Source: Candidatus Cloacimonadales bacterium (GTDB lineage Bacteria > Cloacimonadota > Cloacimonadia > Cloacimonadales > JAFGVF01). From it: a stretch of DNA of 64,000 nucleotides. The position numbers and the translations under genes are program-made. The stretch lies in contig OY759729.1 in NCBI GenBank assembly GCA_963662585.1, forward strand, positions 1,248,001 to 1,312,000. Reading direction: 5' to 3'. The notes beneath the pieces are model-generated. The model had not been told where the DNA came from and ran no database searches. It saw only the letters and a program-made list of their open reading frames with translations. Of the stretch, positions 19,474 through 29,020 are shown piece by piece (position 1 is the stretch's first letter; every line of letters begins with the position of its first letter).

Positions 19474-22200
19474 ATGAAGAGATTTATTGAGAAAGTCAAG
19501 CAGACTAAATTAAATATTCCAATCCCGGTGTTTGGTGTTGGTTGCGGTGTTTTGGGACTAAGTTTAAATAAAGTATCTGTCGATTTAGGGAAATATGCAT
19601 CTACTCTCCTTAGAGCCTTAGAGTATAGAGGATATGATTCTACAGGAGCTGTTTTCCAGAATAATAATCAGATTACCCTACTCAAAGATGTTGGAGCTCC
19701 TAGTACCTTAGTAAAAACCTTGGGTATTGAAAAACAAGCTGGAAAAGTTTTTTGTGGACAAGTTCGTTGGGCGACCTTCGGTCAGGTTGATAAAAAAAAT
19801 GCTCAACCACACTGGGTAAAATGTAAAAGAGAAATTTATGGTGCTCATAATGGTAATATCACAAATACTAGAGATTTAAGAGAATTTTTACTTGCAGAAG
19901 GACATAATGTCGTCTCAGATAACGACGGTGAAATGTTAGTTCACACAGTAGAGCACTATTTTGATATTGAATTAAGTAAACATCAAGAAGCAGATCAAAA
20001 CAATCATGAAATTAGAAAAGAAGCAATGCGTAAAGCAATCGTTAAAGCTGGAAAAAGAGCTGTCGGTTCTTATGCTGCTGTTATCTGCGACCCAGTTACT
20101 GAAGTTTCTTGGGCTATTAAAGCAGGCTCAAGTCTCTATTTCGGTATGGGCGAAATTGATGGACATAAATTTGGTTTAGCCTCTTCAGATTTAACTGCAG
20201 TACTCCGCTTTACCAAGCTTCTAGTAAATCTTAGAGAAGGTGAATTTGTTGAATACACTTCTGAAGGATACCAACTTTTTGCCCAAAAAAATGTCTGCTA
20301 CAAAAAAGCAGGACTTAAAGATGAATGCTATGAACCAGGTGATAAAATAGAAAAACCTCTTGTAAGATCTAAGCTAAGAGCTGAAGATACAGAACTACTC
20401 CCTCAATATGAATATTTTATGGAACAAGAAATTCATTCTCAACCTGAATCTACTGGTAAGTTAATAAAAATCTACCAAGGAGGCTCAAATACAGGACGCA
20501 GAATGATAGAATTCCTTAAAAGGGAAGATATCTTTACTAGTATAGAAAAACTTTCCTATGATATCGCTAAAGTAGAAGAATTTGATAAAAAGAAAAAGTA
20601 CTTTGATAAATACTTGAATGATAATAAATCAGATGAGTATTATGAAAAAGTAAAAAATGGCTATCAATCAATTTATGATGTTTTAGTTAAAGAAGATTTT
20701 GAAAATAAATATCTCTTCTCAGAAGAAAAAAATCTCCTAATAGAACTTATGAATGGTGGTTTCTCTAAGAAGAAACTCCTTATTATTAAAGCTCTAGATA
20801 GTTATTACGAAGATATAGAAAACAACCTTTACCTCAAAAGTGTAAGTGATTTTATTGAACTTATAGAAAACACTAAGAAAAATAAGGGTGTTACTTACTC
20901 TATAGCTTGTGGAACTTCTTATAATGCTACAAAAGTTGCAGCTCTCTTCTTTAACGAAATTGCTGGTGTGGAAATTATTCCTATTTTACCTGGTGATTTC
21001 AGAGGTGAATATTCCAATTCTTTGAAAGATCATGACCTCATTATTGGTGTTTCTCAAAGTGGTGAAACAAAAGATTTAATCGACATCTTCAATGATATTG
21101 ATGCTTCAGGATTAAAGATTAGCAAAGTAGTTGTAGTTAATAATATGAATTCTACTTTAGGACAAGAAAAGAGTGATGTTGCTATACCAATTCATTGCGG
21201 TCCTGAAATAGCTGTTCCTGCTACTAAAAGTTTTATGAATCAGTTAACCGTCTTCTATTACTTAGCTATTAGAACTGCTGAAAGAATGCTTGAATTAGAA
21301 AGAACCAGTCTAGATAAAGCTGAAGTATGGGAAAGAGAACATAAAATAGCTTATCGTAAAAAGACACTTAAAGATATTCCTCTTCTTCTTAAAGAAACAA
21401 TATCTACCACTAAAGAAGCAATTACTTATGTTGCCAATAAAACCTACATGGAACCTTCCATGCACTTACTAGCAACTAAAATCTCTGGTGTAGCTTTTGA
21501 AGGTGCTCTTAAAATTAGAGAAACTGTTCTTAATCATACTGAAGGTAGAGAAGCTTCTGAATTTAAACACGGTCCTAATACCATCTTAGGAAAAAATACT
21601 ATATTCGGACTTAAAAATGTAAAAAAACTCTTAAAGAAAATTAATGTTCTTCATGATTTGATTGCAGCTAATGCCTCAAAATATAAACTTATTCCAGATG
21701 ACACTATTGCCCTTAATAAAGCAATTAACAGCTATATCTTCGATAGAACATTCCCATTCAATCTCTCTACTAATGCTACTGAACTATTCAAAAAATTAGT
21801 ATCTGAAATCGACTTCTTTGATGAATTATATCGTAACTATCCTTTAGTTTATATTACCGGTCCTGATGAAAGAGATATAAATTTAACTATCTCCCAAATC
21901 AATACTCATAAAATTAGAGGAGCTGATACTTTCATTATTGCTGAAGAGAATGATAAATTGATGGATAATGCAAGACTAAATCCTTTTGGAGATAATAAGT
22001 ACTACGGTTGGGGTTATATTCAACTTCCTAAAACTGGTGATACTCTTATGACTTGTTTCTCATCATCTATTGCCTTGCAACTCTTAGCACTCAATATGAG
22101 TATTAAGAAAATGGAATACCTCGACAGATTAGGCATGATTGAACACGGAGTGCATCCTGATGTTCCTAAAAATGTATCAAAATCTATCACAGTTGACTAA
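19474..22200 (+). CDS. glmS: Glutamine--fructose-6-phosphate transaminase, long variant
   Basis: CGV, LEYRGYDS, RWAT, HNGNITN, SQSGET, EGALKIRE, EFKHGP, C-terminal PKNVSKSITVD. Confidence 0.9.
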   Translation: MKRFIEKVKQTKLNIPIPVFGVGCGVLGLSLNKVSVDLGKYASTLLRALEYRGYDSTGAVFQNNNQITLLKDVGAPSTLVKTLGIEKQAGKVFCGQVRWATFGQVDKKNAQPHWVKCKREIYGAHNGNITNTRDLREFLLAEGHNVVSDNDGEMLVHTVEHYFDIELSKHQEADQNNHEIRKEAMRKAIVKAGKRAVGSYAAVICDPVTEVSWAIKAGSSLYFGMGEIDGHKFGLASSDLTAVLRFTKLLVNLREGEFVEYTSEGYQLFAQKNVCYKKAGLKDECYEPGDKIEKPLVRSKLRAEDTELLPQYEYFMEQEIHSQPESTGKLIKIYQGGSNTGRRMIEFLKREDIFTSIEKLSYDIAKVEEFDKKKKYFDKYLNDNKSDEYYEKVKNGYQSIYDVLVKEDFENKYLFSEEKNLLIELMNGGFSKKKLLIIKALDSYYEDIENNLYLKSVSDFIELIENTKKNKGVTYSIACGTSYNATKVAALFFNEIAGVEIIPILPGDFRGEYSNSLKDHDLIIGVSQSGETKDLIDIFNDIDASGLKISKVVVVNNMNSTLGQEKSDVAIPIHCGPEIAVPATKSFMNQLTVFYYLAIRTAERMLELERTSLDKAEVWEREHKIAYRKKTLKDIPLLLKETISTTKEAITYVANKTYMEPSMHLLATKISGVAFEGALKIRETVLNHTEGREASEFKHGPNTILGKNTIFGLKNVKKLLKKINVLHDLIAANASKYKLIPDDTIALNKAINSYIFDRTFPFNLSTNATELFKKLVSEIDFFDELYRNYPLVYITGPDERDINLTISQINTHKIRGADTFIIAEENDKLMDNARLNPFGDNKYYGWGYIQLPKTGDTLMTCFSSSIALQLLALNMSIKKMEYLDRLGMIEHGVHPDVPKNVSKSITVD

Positions 22201-22282
22201 TAGCTAAAAATAAATCTTGACATATAGTTCACTTTATAAACTATAGGTCTAATATTAAAAAATAAATTAAAGGAGATGCAGA

Positions 22283-22330
22283 ATGATTAATTTAATTATT
22301 ACAGTTATTGTAAAAAACAGAAATAATTAA
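22283..22330 (+). CDS. Putative 15-aa leader peptide MINLIITVIVKNRNN
   Basis: AAGGAG RBS at 22270-22275, 7 nt before ATG; followed by alternative hairpins and a terminator before hflX. Confidence 0.6.
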   Translation: MINLIITVIVKNRNN

Positions 22331-22333
22331 TCT

Positions 22334-22463
22334 GCACTGATACCTTAAAATATAACTAAATTTTGGGATCAGTGGAGCTTAAAAACTATGCTGATCCTAT
22401 TATTGCGTCAAAATTTACCCGGAATGTTGTCCAATATTGGATTAGCAATCCGGGTTTCTTTTT
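22334..22463 (+). promoter_or_regulatory. Putative transcription attenuator upstream of hflX
   Basis: Hairpin cactgat..atcagtg, alternative partner ctgatcc, terminator acccgga..tccgggt + ttcttttt (22417-22463). Confidence 0.6.
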
Positions 22464-22500
22464 GTCCGGGATTAAATTCAGAGAATAATAAGGAGAATAT

Positions 22501-23865
22501 ATGACTGAAGATAAAATATTAGATAATGATCTTGATCTAGATTTTGATGTTGAAACTGATGAAGAAATTATTCTTGATCCCAATCAAGCAATATTAGTCG
22601 GAGTATGTTTACCAAGAGAGAATTTTGAAGAGAAAGAGAAATCTCTTATCGAATTAGACCTTTTGGCAAAAACAGCTGGACTTAAAACAGTTTATAAAAG
22701 AATTCAAAAAAGAGCAAAAATAGATGGAGCTTCCTTTGTGGGTAAAGGATTCTTAGCTGAGATAAAAGAATTAGCTCAGGAATATGGAGCGGGTTTAGTT
22801 ATTTTTGATAACGAACTCTCCCCTACCCAAGGAAAAAATGTCAGCCAAATGCTGAAATTAGAAGTTAGTGATAGAACAGAGATAATTCTCAATATCTTCC
22901 ATCATCACGCTAAGACCTATGAAGCAAGTCTTCAAGTCGAACTGGCAGAGCTTAAATACCAATTACCAAGATTAAAAAAACTTTGGTCTCACTTTGAAGG
23001 TAGTAAAGTAGCTGCAGCTAGCGGTGGTCAAGGTGGTGGTTCTGCCTCCCGTGGTATAGGAGAGACTCAATTAGAAATTGATAAGAGAATTATCAGACAT
23101 CAGATAAACACTGTAGAAAAAAAGCTAGAGGCTATTATGATACAGAAAGATACTCAAAGTAAACAAAGAGCTAATCTTAAGAGGGTTTGCTTGGTGGGTT
23201 ATACCAACGCTGGTAAATCAACTCTCTTTAACCAACTCACAGACTCTGATGTCTTAGTTGAAGATAAACTCTTTGCTACCTTAGGCTCGACTGTTAGAAC
23301 ACTAAAATTAGATAGAGGAAAAGAGATTGTTCTATCCGATACTGTCGGATTTATCTCCCAGCTTCCTCATCATTTAGTAGCCTCCTTTAGAGCTACCCTA
23401 AAAGAAGTAACTGAAGCAAACTTACTTCTTCATACTGTCGATGTTTCAGATTCACGCTTTGAATTCTACATCACTGAGGTCGAGAAAGTACTAGCTTCAA
23501 TTGAAGCAAATGACATCAAGACTCTCTTAGTCTTCAACAAAACTGATAAATTAGAATCATCTAAGTTAGCTTTGCTGAAAAATAGATTTCCTACTGCAAT
23601 CTTTATTTCTGCCCTAAATAGTAATAATATTGAAGAACTTACTACTAGAATAGAGAATGAACTGCATAACTATGCAACTTACCAGATATTTATTCCTTTT
23701 TCAGAACAAAAAAGTGCTGCTGACTTGGAAAAATTAGGACAAATAGTTAATAAAAGTTATGAAGAGCAAGGTACAGAATTCGTGGCAATTCTTAATGAAG
23801 AAGATGTTAGATTCTTTAAGAAGTTCTTAAGATACTCTGTTGAAGACTTTTATCCTAACATATAA
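22501..23865 (+). CDS. hflX: GTPase HflX (ribosome-splitting factor)
   Basis: FDNELSP, LQVELA, GETQLEIDKR, VGYTNAGKSTL, DKLFATL, DTVGFI, NKTD. Confidence 0.96.
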   Translation: MTEDKILDNDLDLDFDVETDEEIILDPNQAILVGVCLPRENFEEKEKSLIELDLLAKTAGLKTVYKRIQKRAKIDGASFVGKGFLAEIKELAQEYGAGLVIFDNELSPTQGKNVSQMLKLEVSDRTEIILNIFHHHAKTYEASLQVELAELKYQLPRLKKLWSHFEGSKVAAASGGQGGGSASRGIGETQLEIDKRIIRHQINTVEKKLEAIMIQKDTQSKQRANLKRVCLVGYTNAGKSTLFNQLTDSDVLVEDKLFATLGSTVRTLKLDRGKEIVLSDTVGFISQLPHHLVASFRATLKEVTEANLLLHTVDVSDSRFEFYITEVEKVLASIEANDIKTLLVFNKTDKLESSKLALLKNRFPTAIFISALNSNNIEELTTRIENELHNYATYQIFIPFSEQKSAADLEKLGQIVNKSYEEQGTEFVAILNEEDVRFFKKFLRYSVEDFYPNI

Positions 23866-23934
23866 TCAGTGTTGAATTATAGATTAACACTAATGCCTGA
23901 AATTTTAATGTCGTAAATCAATCTACAATTTCTG

Positions 23935-23980
23935 CTACCTTCATTCTTATGTGTTTAGAGTGAAGGTAGTTTGATTTTTT
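23935..23980 (+). terminator. Intrinsic terminator-like hairpin after hflX
   Basis: ctaccttcattct...agagtgaaggtag followed by T-rich tract. Confidence 0.65.
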
Positions 23981-24059
23981 CTTATATAAATTTCCTATCT
24001 TTCCCTTGACGATTTTTTGACTCTGTTAATTGTGAGTTATCAATCATGAGAGGATAATA

Positions 24060-25514
24060 ATGGAAAAGATTAAAATAGATTTATCTAACTTAAGTAATAT
24101 ATTCCCCAACGAGTTCACCGATGCTCAAAAAGCAAAAGCTCAAACTCTATTTTTAAAAAAGTTATCAGAAGAAGCCCACAGATTTTATGGTGGAAAGATG
24201 CAAACTGTTCCCAAAGCTGGTGTCTATGGTTTTAACTGGTTTAATGTTTGGTACACTCCTGGCGTATCACAAGTTTCTACTACATTAAGAGATAATCCTT
24301 CAGAAGCCTATAATCTCAGTAATAAAGGAAATTTAGTGGCTGTTGTATCGGATTCTACCCGTGTTTTAGGTGATGGTGATTGCGGTATTTATGGTGGTTT
24401 AGGTGTAATGGAAGGTAAGGCTTTTTTAATGAAATACTTGGGTGGTATTGATGCTGTAGCCCTTTGTATAAATAACCGGGATCAGAATGGCCAGCCAAAT
24501 CCAGATAAAATAATTGATTTTGTAAAAATGATAGAGCCATCCTTTGGAGCTGTTAATTTAGAAGATATCTCACAACCTAATTGCTACAAAGTCTTGGATG
24601 AATTACGAAATGATTGTGATATTCCTGTCTGGCACGATGATGCCCAAGGGACAGCATCTGTTACTCTTGCAGGATTGATAAATGCCTTAAAATTAGCAAA
24701 TAAAAAGATTGAGAGTGTTAAAACTGTTCTTCTTGGAGCTGGTGCAGCCAATTCAACCATAGCTAAGATTCTTATGGCTGCAGGAATGTCCGGTGAGAAT
24801 ATTATTATTTTTGATGCTGATGGCAGTCTTTCAACTGACAGAATTGATTTTAAAACTAATCCATTATCTTATAGACAGTGGGAACTTTGTCAAAAAACAA
24901 ATCCTAACAACATAAAAGACATAGAAGTAGCTATGAAAGGTGCAGATGTTTTAATCGCTGTTTCTAAACCAGGACCAGATACTGTTAAAGCAGAGTGGAT
25001 TAAACTAATGAACAGCAAAGCAATTGTCTTCACTTGTGCTAACCCTATTCCTGAAATTTATCCTTATGAAGCTAAAGAAGCTGGAGCATTTATTGTCGCT
25101 ACCGGAAGAGGTGATTTCCCTAACCAAGTAAATAATTCTTTAGGTTTCCCTGGTATTTTAAAAGGTGCATTAACTGTTCAAGCAACTAAAATTACCGATA
25201 ATATGGCTATTGCAGCAGCTTATTCTTTAGCTAATTATGCAGAAAAAAGAGGGATAAATCCAGATAATATTATACCAACCATGGATGAAGCAGAAGTATT
25301 CCCCCAAGAAGCAGCTGATGTAGCAATGCAAGCAATCAAAGATGGTGTTGCTAGCAGAATCCTAACTCATGAGGAAGTCTTCAACATTGCTCAAAGAGAT
25401 ATTAAGCAAGCTCGTGAAACCATGCAATTGCTGATGGATAAAGATATGATTAAGCAGCCTCCAATTGAGATGTTGGAAAAGGTTCTGAACTGGACAATAA
25501 ACCAAGTTAAATAA
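24060..25514 (+). CDS. NAD(P)-dependent malic enzyme
   Basis: YTPGVS, VMEGKA, NLEDI, HDDAQGT, GAGAA, ANPIPEI, TGRGDFPNQVNN. Confidence 0.93.
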   Translation: MEKIKIDLSNLSNIFPNEFTDAQKAKAQTLFLKKLSEEAHRFYGGKMQTVPKAGVYGFNWFNVWYTPGVSQVSTTLRDNPSEAYNLSNKGNLVAVVSDSTRVLGDGDCGIYGGLGVMEGKAFLMKYLGGIDAVALCINNRDQNGQPNPDKIIDFVKMIEPSFGAVNLEDISQPNCYKVLDELRNDCDIPVWHDDAQGTASVTLAGLINALKLANKKIESVKTVLLGAGAANSTIAKILMAAGMSGENIIIFDADGSLSTDRIDFKTNPLSYRQWELCQKTNPNNIKDIEVAMKGADVLIAVSKPGPDTVKAEWIKLMNSKAIVFTCANPIPEIYPYEAKEAGAFIVATGRGDFPNQVNNSLGFPGILKGALTVQATKITDNMAIAAAYSLANYAEKRGINPDNIIPTMDEAEVFPQEAADVAMQAIKDGVASRILTHEEVFNIAQRDIKQARETMQLLMDKDMIKQPPIEMLEKVLNWTINQVK

Positions 25515-25519
25515 ATATT

Positions 25520-26911
25520 ATGTACAAAGGCTTTTCAAAACTGTCTGTTATTGTTCTTATTACAGCTATTATTATGGCTATATATAGTTTTATTATTTTT
25601 AAATATGATTATGCTAAACTCTTCCATGAAGCTTATGAAACAAGTGATTCTCTCTTTATTGTAGAGAATAGTAAAGAGGATTTTAAAGATTCCTTAAACA
25701 CTATTACTAAGAAAAGTGAAGCTAAAACTGTAAAGAAGAAGTATGTCAAAAAAATTAAGCCTGTAGCTTTTTCAGAAATTATAGGTGGTGATGATTTTAG
25801 CCATATAAAGCCCTTTTTTGCTAAACTCGACCTGTTCTCTAAGAATAAAGTAAAAAGACTAAGAATAGCCTATTTTGGAGATTCTATAACTGAATCTGAT
25901 CTTGGCACTAATAGATTAAGAAAAGTATGGCAAGATAGCCTAGGCGGTGAAGGAGTTGGCTTTATTCCTGCTGTTTCTAATTTAAGCAAGTTTAGAGCAT
26001 CGATAAAACACACTTATAGTAAGAACTGGACTGAGTATTCCATTAGTAGACCAAGCAATAGGAAAATGCCTCTAGGACTTTATGGTAGTGTAGCAGTTCC
26101 TTCTTTACCCATCAGAGATAGCTTAGCCTATGATAGCACTACTGTAAGTTGGCATAGCTATAGTATGATGGAAGGTAATTGGCTCAGCAAACCGACCTTG
26201 ATAATTTTAAATAAAAAAGCTCCCCTTTCAATTGAGTATTTAGTCAATCGCGATACTCTTACCAAGCATATTGAAACAAGTGATAAAATGCAATTTATTA
26301 CTTTAAGTGATTCCATAATTAAATACTTATCTATATCTTACTATCCTCAAGATACCTGCTTCGTTTATGGCGTCGATTTTTCTCATGATAAGGGTATTTA
26401 TATTGATAATTACTCACTTAGAGGAAATAAAGGAAATAATTTCTTACATTTACAAGAAGATATTATTAGTCAGTTATATGATTATTTCAAATATGATCTT
26501 ACTATTCTTCACTATGGAGCCAATGTAACAGATCCTATTATGACTGATTATAGCTGGTATAGAATCTCAATGAAGAAGAATATTTCTTATTTAAAGACAA
26601 TTGATAATAATCAACCTATGATTCTTTTTAGTGTTGGTGATAGAGGAGCATTAGCAGATACACTTTGGGTTTCTTCTCCCGATTTACCCTATTTAATTAA
26701 AGAGCAAAAGCGAATTGCTAAGGATTCTCAGATTGGATTTTTCAACCTTTTTACCGCTTTGGGTGGAGAAAATTGTAATGTAAAATTACATGATGAAGGA
26801 ATTCTTACCCCTGACCATACTCATTTTACCCGAAAAGGAGCAAGATTTTTTGGAGACTTGCTTTATCGTAAATTCACAGATGAGTATAAGAAATATTTGG
26901 AGAACAAGTAG
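25520..26911 (+). CDS. SGNH/GDSL family O-acetyltransferase (PatB/AlgX-like)
   Basis: N-terminal TM, FGDS, GAN, DHTH motifs; adjacent to MBOAT gene. Confidence 0.75.
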   Translation: MYKGFSKLSVIVLITAIIMAIYSFIIFKYDYAKLFHEAYETSDSLFIVENSKEDFKDSLNTITKKSEAKTVKKKYVKKIKPVAFSEIIGGDDFSHIKPFFAKLDLFSKNKVKRLRIAYFGDSITESDLGTNRLRKVWQDSLGGEGVGFIPAVSNLSKFRASIKHTYSKNWTEYSISRPSNRKMPLGLYGSVAVPSLPIRDSLAYDSTTVSWHSYSMMEGNWLSKPTLIILNKKAPLSIEYLVNRDTLTKHIETSDKMQFITLSDSIIKYLSISYYPQDTCFVYGVDFSHDKGIYIDNYSLRGNKGNNFLHLQEDIISQLYDYFKYDLTILHYGANVTDPIMTDYSWYRISMKKNISYLKTIDNNQPMILFSVGDRGALADTLWVSSPDLPYLIKEQKRIAKDSQIGFFNLFTALGGENCNVKLHDEGILTPDHTHFTRKGARFFGDLLYRKFTDEYKKYLENK

Positions 26912-28452
26912 TGTTAAGTAAATTATTAGACTTCTTTCAATATAACCCTGCTGAGCCAATACAGTTCAACTCGCCTATTTTTCTCGTTTTCATTACACTT
27001 GTATTCTTAGGTTATCCTTTAGTAGTAAAAAAAATTAAGTTAAGAACAACTTATTTACTTGCTTTTTCATTATTTTTCTTTTATAAAACTTCTGGTATCT
27101 TTTGGTTACTCCTTCTCGGTACAGCCTTAGTTAATTATATAATCGGGAATCTTATTTATAAACACCGCCAGGAAGCAAAAAGCTATTTAATTCTAAGCAT
27201 TATCTGGAACTTAGGCACTCTCTCCTATTTTAAATATACTAATTATCTAATAGAGAGTTTTAACTTTGTGAGTGGAAGTGAAATACTTCCTCTAAATATT
27301 ATTTTCCCAGCTGGTATTTCCTTCTTCACTTTTCAAACAATGAGCTACACTATTGATATCTATAGAAAAAAACTTAAACCAATTAAAAGTTTCTTTGACT
27401 TTGCTTTTTTTGTTAGTTTTTTCCCTCAGTTAGTTGCTGGTCCCATTGTTAGAGCTGCAGACTTTCTCCCTCAAATTAACAAGAAGAAAGTTATTATAAA
27501 TGAAGAAATCTCGGAAGCTTTAATGCTGATTATCAATGGACTTTTCAAAAAGATGATTATTGCAGATTTCTTAGCAGTTAATTATATTCATAGTGTGTTT
27601 GCTGACCCTACAAGTTTTTCTGGTTTAGCAAACTTAATTGCTGTTTATGCCTATGCGATTAAGATTTATTGCGACTTCTCAGCCTACTCAGATATGGCTA
27701 TAGGTTTAGCTAAACTTCTAGGCTTTAATCTTTTGGAGAACTTTAATCTTCCTTATAAGGCTACTTCAGTTAAAGATTTTTGGAGCAGATGGCATATTTC
27801 TTTATCTACTTGGTTAAGAGATTACCTATATATCCCTCTAGGCGGAAATAGAAAAGGAAATGTCTATTTTAATCTTATGATTACAATGTTGTTAGGCGGA
27901 TTATGGCATGTGCGACCTAACGCTTTTTGGACTTATATAACTTGGGGTGCATTGCATGGTATTGCTTTAATTATACACCGAGTTTGGAGCAAAACTAATT
28001 TAGCAATATTTATTAATAACAATCGCTTGATCTCTTTAATATATAAACCTTTTGCTTGGTTACTTACCTTTAACTTTATTTGCTTAACTTGGGTATTTTT
28101 CCGTGCTGATTCAATAGCTAATGCTTGGTTGATGCTAAGTGCTATATTTGATAATCTTAGTTTTAATCAGCTTTTTCCTTGGTTCTCAGACTATCAGATA
28201 GTTGGAATAGTTTTGCTAAGCTCCTACCTATTCCATTTTATTCCCACTAATTGGGATTATAAACTAGTAAAGCCTCTTAGTAAATTAGGTGTTGTTGGGA
28301 ATGCTTTATTGCTCTCTCTTGCTTTGATCTTCTTTAGTGAATTTAAAAGAATAGAACCTTTCATAAATCAGAAAATTATGAATGATACAATGCAAGAAAG
28401 ATCTGAAGAACCTCAATATAAAGTACAACAGTTTGAGTATTATAAGTTTTAG
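26911..28452 (+). CDS. MBOAT family O-acyltransferase (AlgI/PatA-like)
   Basis: GISFFTFQ, FFPQLVAGPI, DFSAYSDMAIG, FWSRWHISLSTWLRDY, GGLWH. Confidence 0.93.
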   Translation: MLSKLLDFFQYNPAEPIQFNSPIFLVFITLVFLGYPLVVKKIKLRTTYLLAFSLFFFYKTSGIFWLLLLGTALVNYIIGNLIYKHRQEAKSYLILSIIWNLGTLSYFKYTNYLIESFNFVSGSEILPLNIIFPAGISFFTFQTMSYTIDIYRKKLKPIKSFFDFAFFVSFFPQLVAGPIVRAADFLPQINKKKVIINEEISEALMLIINGLFKKMIIADFLAVNYIHSVFADPTSFSGLANLIAVYAYAIKIYCDFSAYSDMAIGLAKLLGFNLLENFNLPYKATSVKDFWSRWHISLSTWLRDYLYIPLGGNRKGNVYFNLMITMLLGGLWHVRPNAFWTYITWGALHGIALIIHRVWSKTNLAIFINNNRLISLIYKPFAWLLTFNFICLTWVFFRADSIANAWLMLSAIFDNLSFNQLFPWFSDYQIVGIVLLSSYLFHFIPTNWDYKLVKPLSKLGVVGNALLLSLALIFFSEFKRIEPFINQKIMNDTMQERSEEPQYKVQQFEYYKF

Positions 28453-28706
28453 TACTTTCTAACAAGTCCTTTTAAACTCTCTTCTTTAGTGCAAATTTAA
28501 TAACCCTCCAAACTTTAAAAAAGAGGAAAGCACGCTAAAAAGCGATCCTCTATGGACTGTAGGCGTCCCTGCCTGCAGATGGAAACTCTGCTTCTCTTCT
28601 GTCGGATAGTGGACAAGCTGAAGACCGGAGTTCCTAAGCCGTAGGCAAGGGATTTCGGACGAAAGAAAGCTGTCGGAAGTCGCTACTCCGTGAGCAACTC
28701 CCGTCA

Positions 28707-28922
28707 TAAATAGCTGAAGACTGGATTTCCTCAGCCGTAGGCAAGGGACTTCGGGCGAAATAAATAGTTGAAGACCGGAGTTCCTCAGCCCTAGGCAAGG
28801 GACTTCGGGCGAAATAAATAGCTGAAGACCGGAGTTCCTCGGCCGTAGGCAAGGGACTTCGGGCGAAATAAATAGCTGAAGACCGGAGTTCCTCGGCCGT
28901 AGGCAAGGGACTTCGGACGAAA
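28707..28922 (+). repeat. Tandem array of four 54-bp units (further copies at 28618, 30002, 56158, 56232)
   Basis: Unit taaatagctgaagaccggagttcctcggccgtaggcaagggacttcgggcgaaa; (C/T)TGAAGA at 28714, 28768, 28822, 28876. Confidence 0.97.
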
Positions 28923-29020
28923 CTTTTCATTTTTCATTTTTCACTATTTTTTTAGTAAAATAAACAGGGGCAAAGATGGCAAACCTGAAGTAGTTCATCT
29001 AAAGAAGTGAATTTAAGAAT

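Noticed and set aside
28690..28922. Pistol or HDV-like ribozyme (UAAAUAG and UCCUCG motifs)
   Set aside because: The required P1/pseudoknot pairing and GCG (pistol) or P1/P3 pairing (HDV) cannot be formed.
28486..28930. Repeat-protein ORFs (RSPLPTAEELRSS...), also 29916-30194 and 56077-56262
   Set aside because: These are antisense readings of the 54-bp DNA repeat with no RBS. They are probably open only because the unit length is a multiple of 3.
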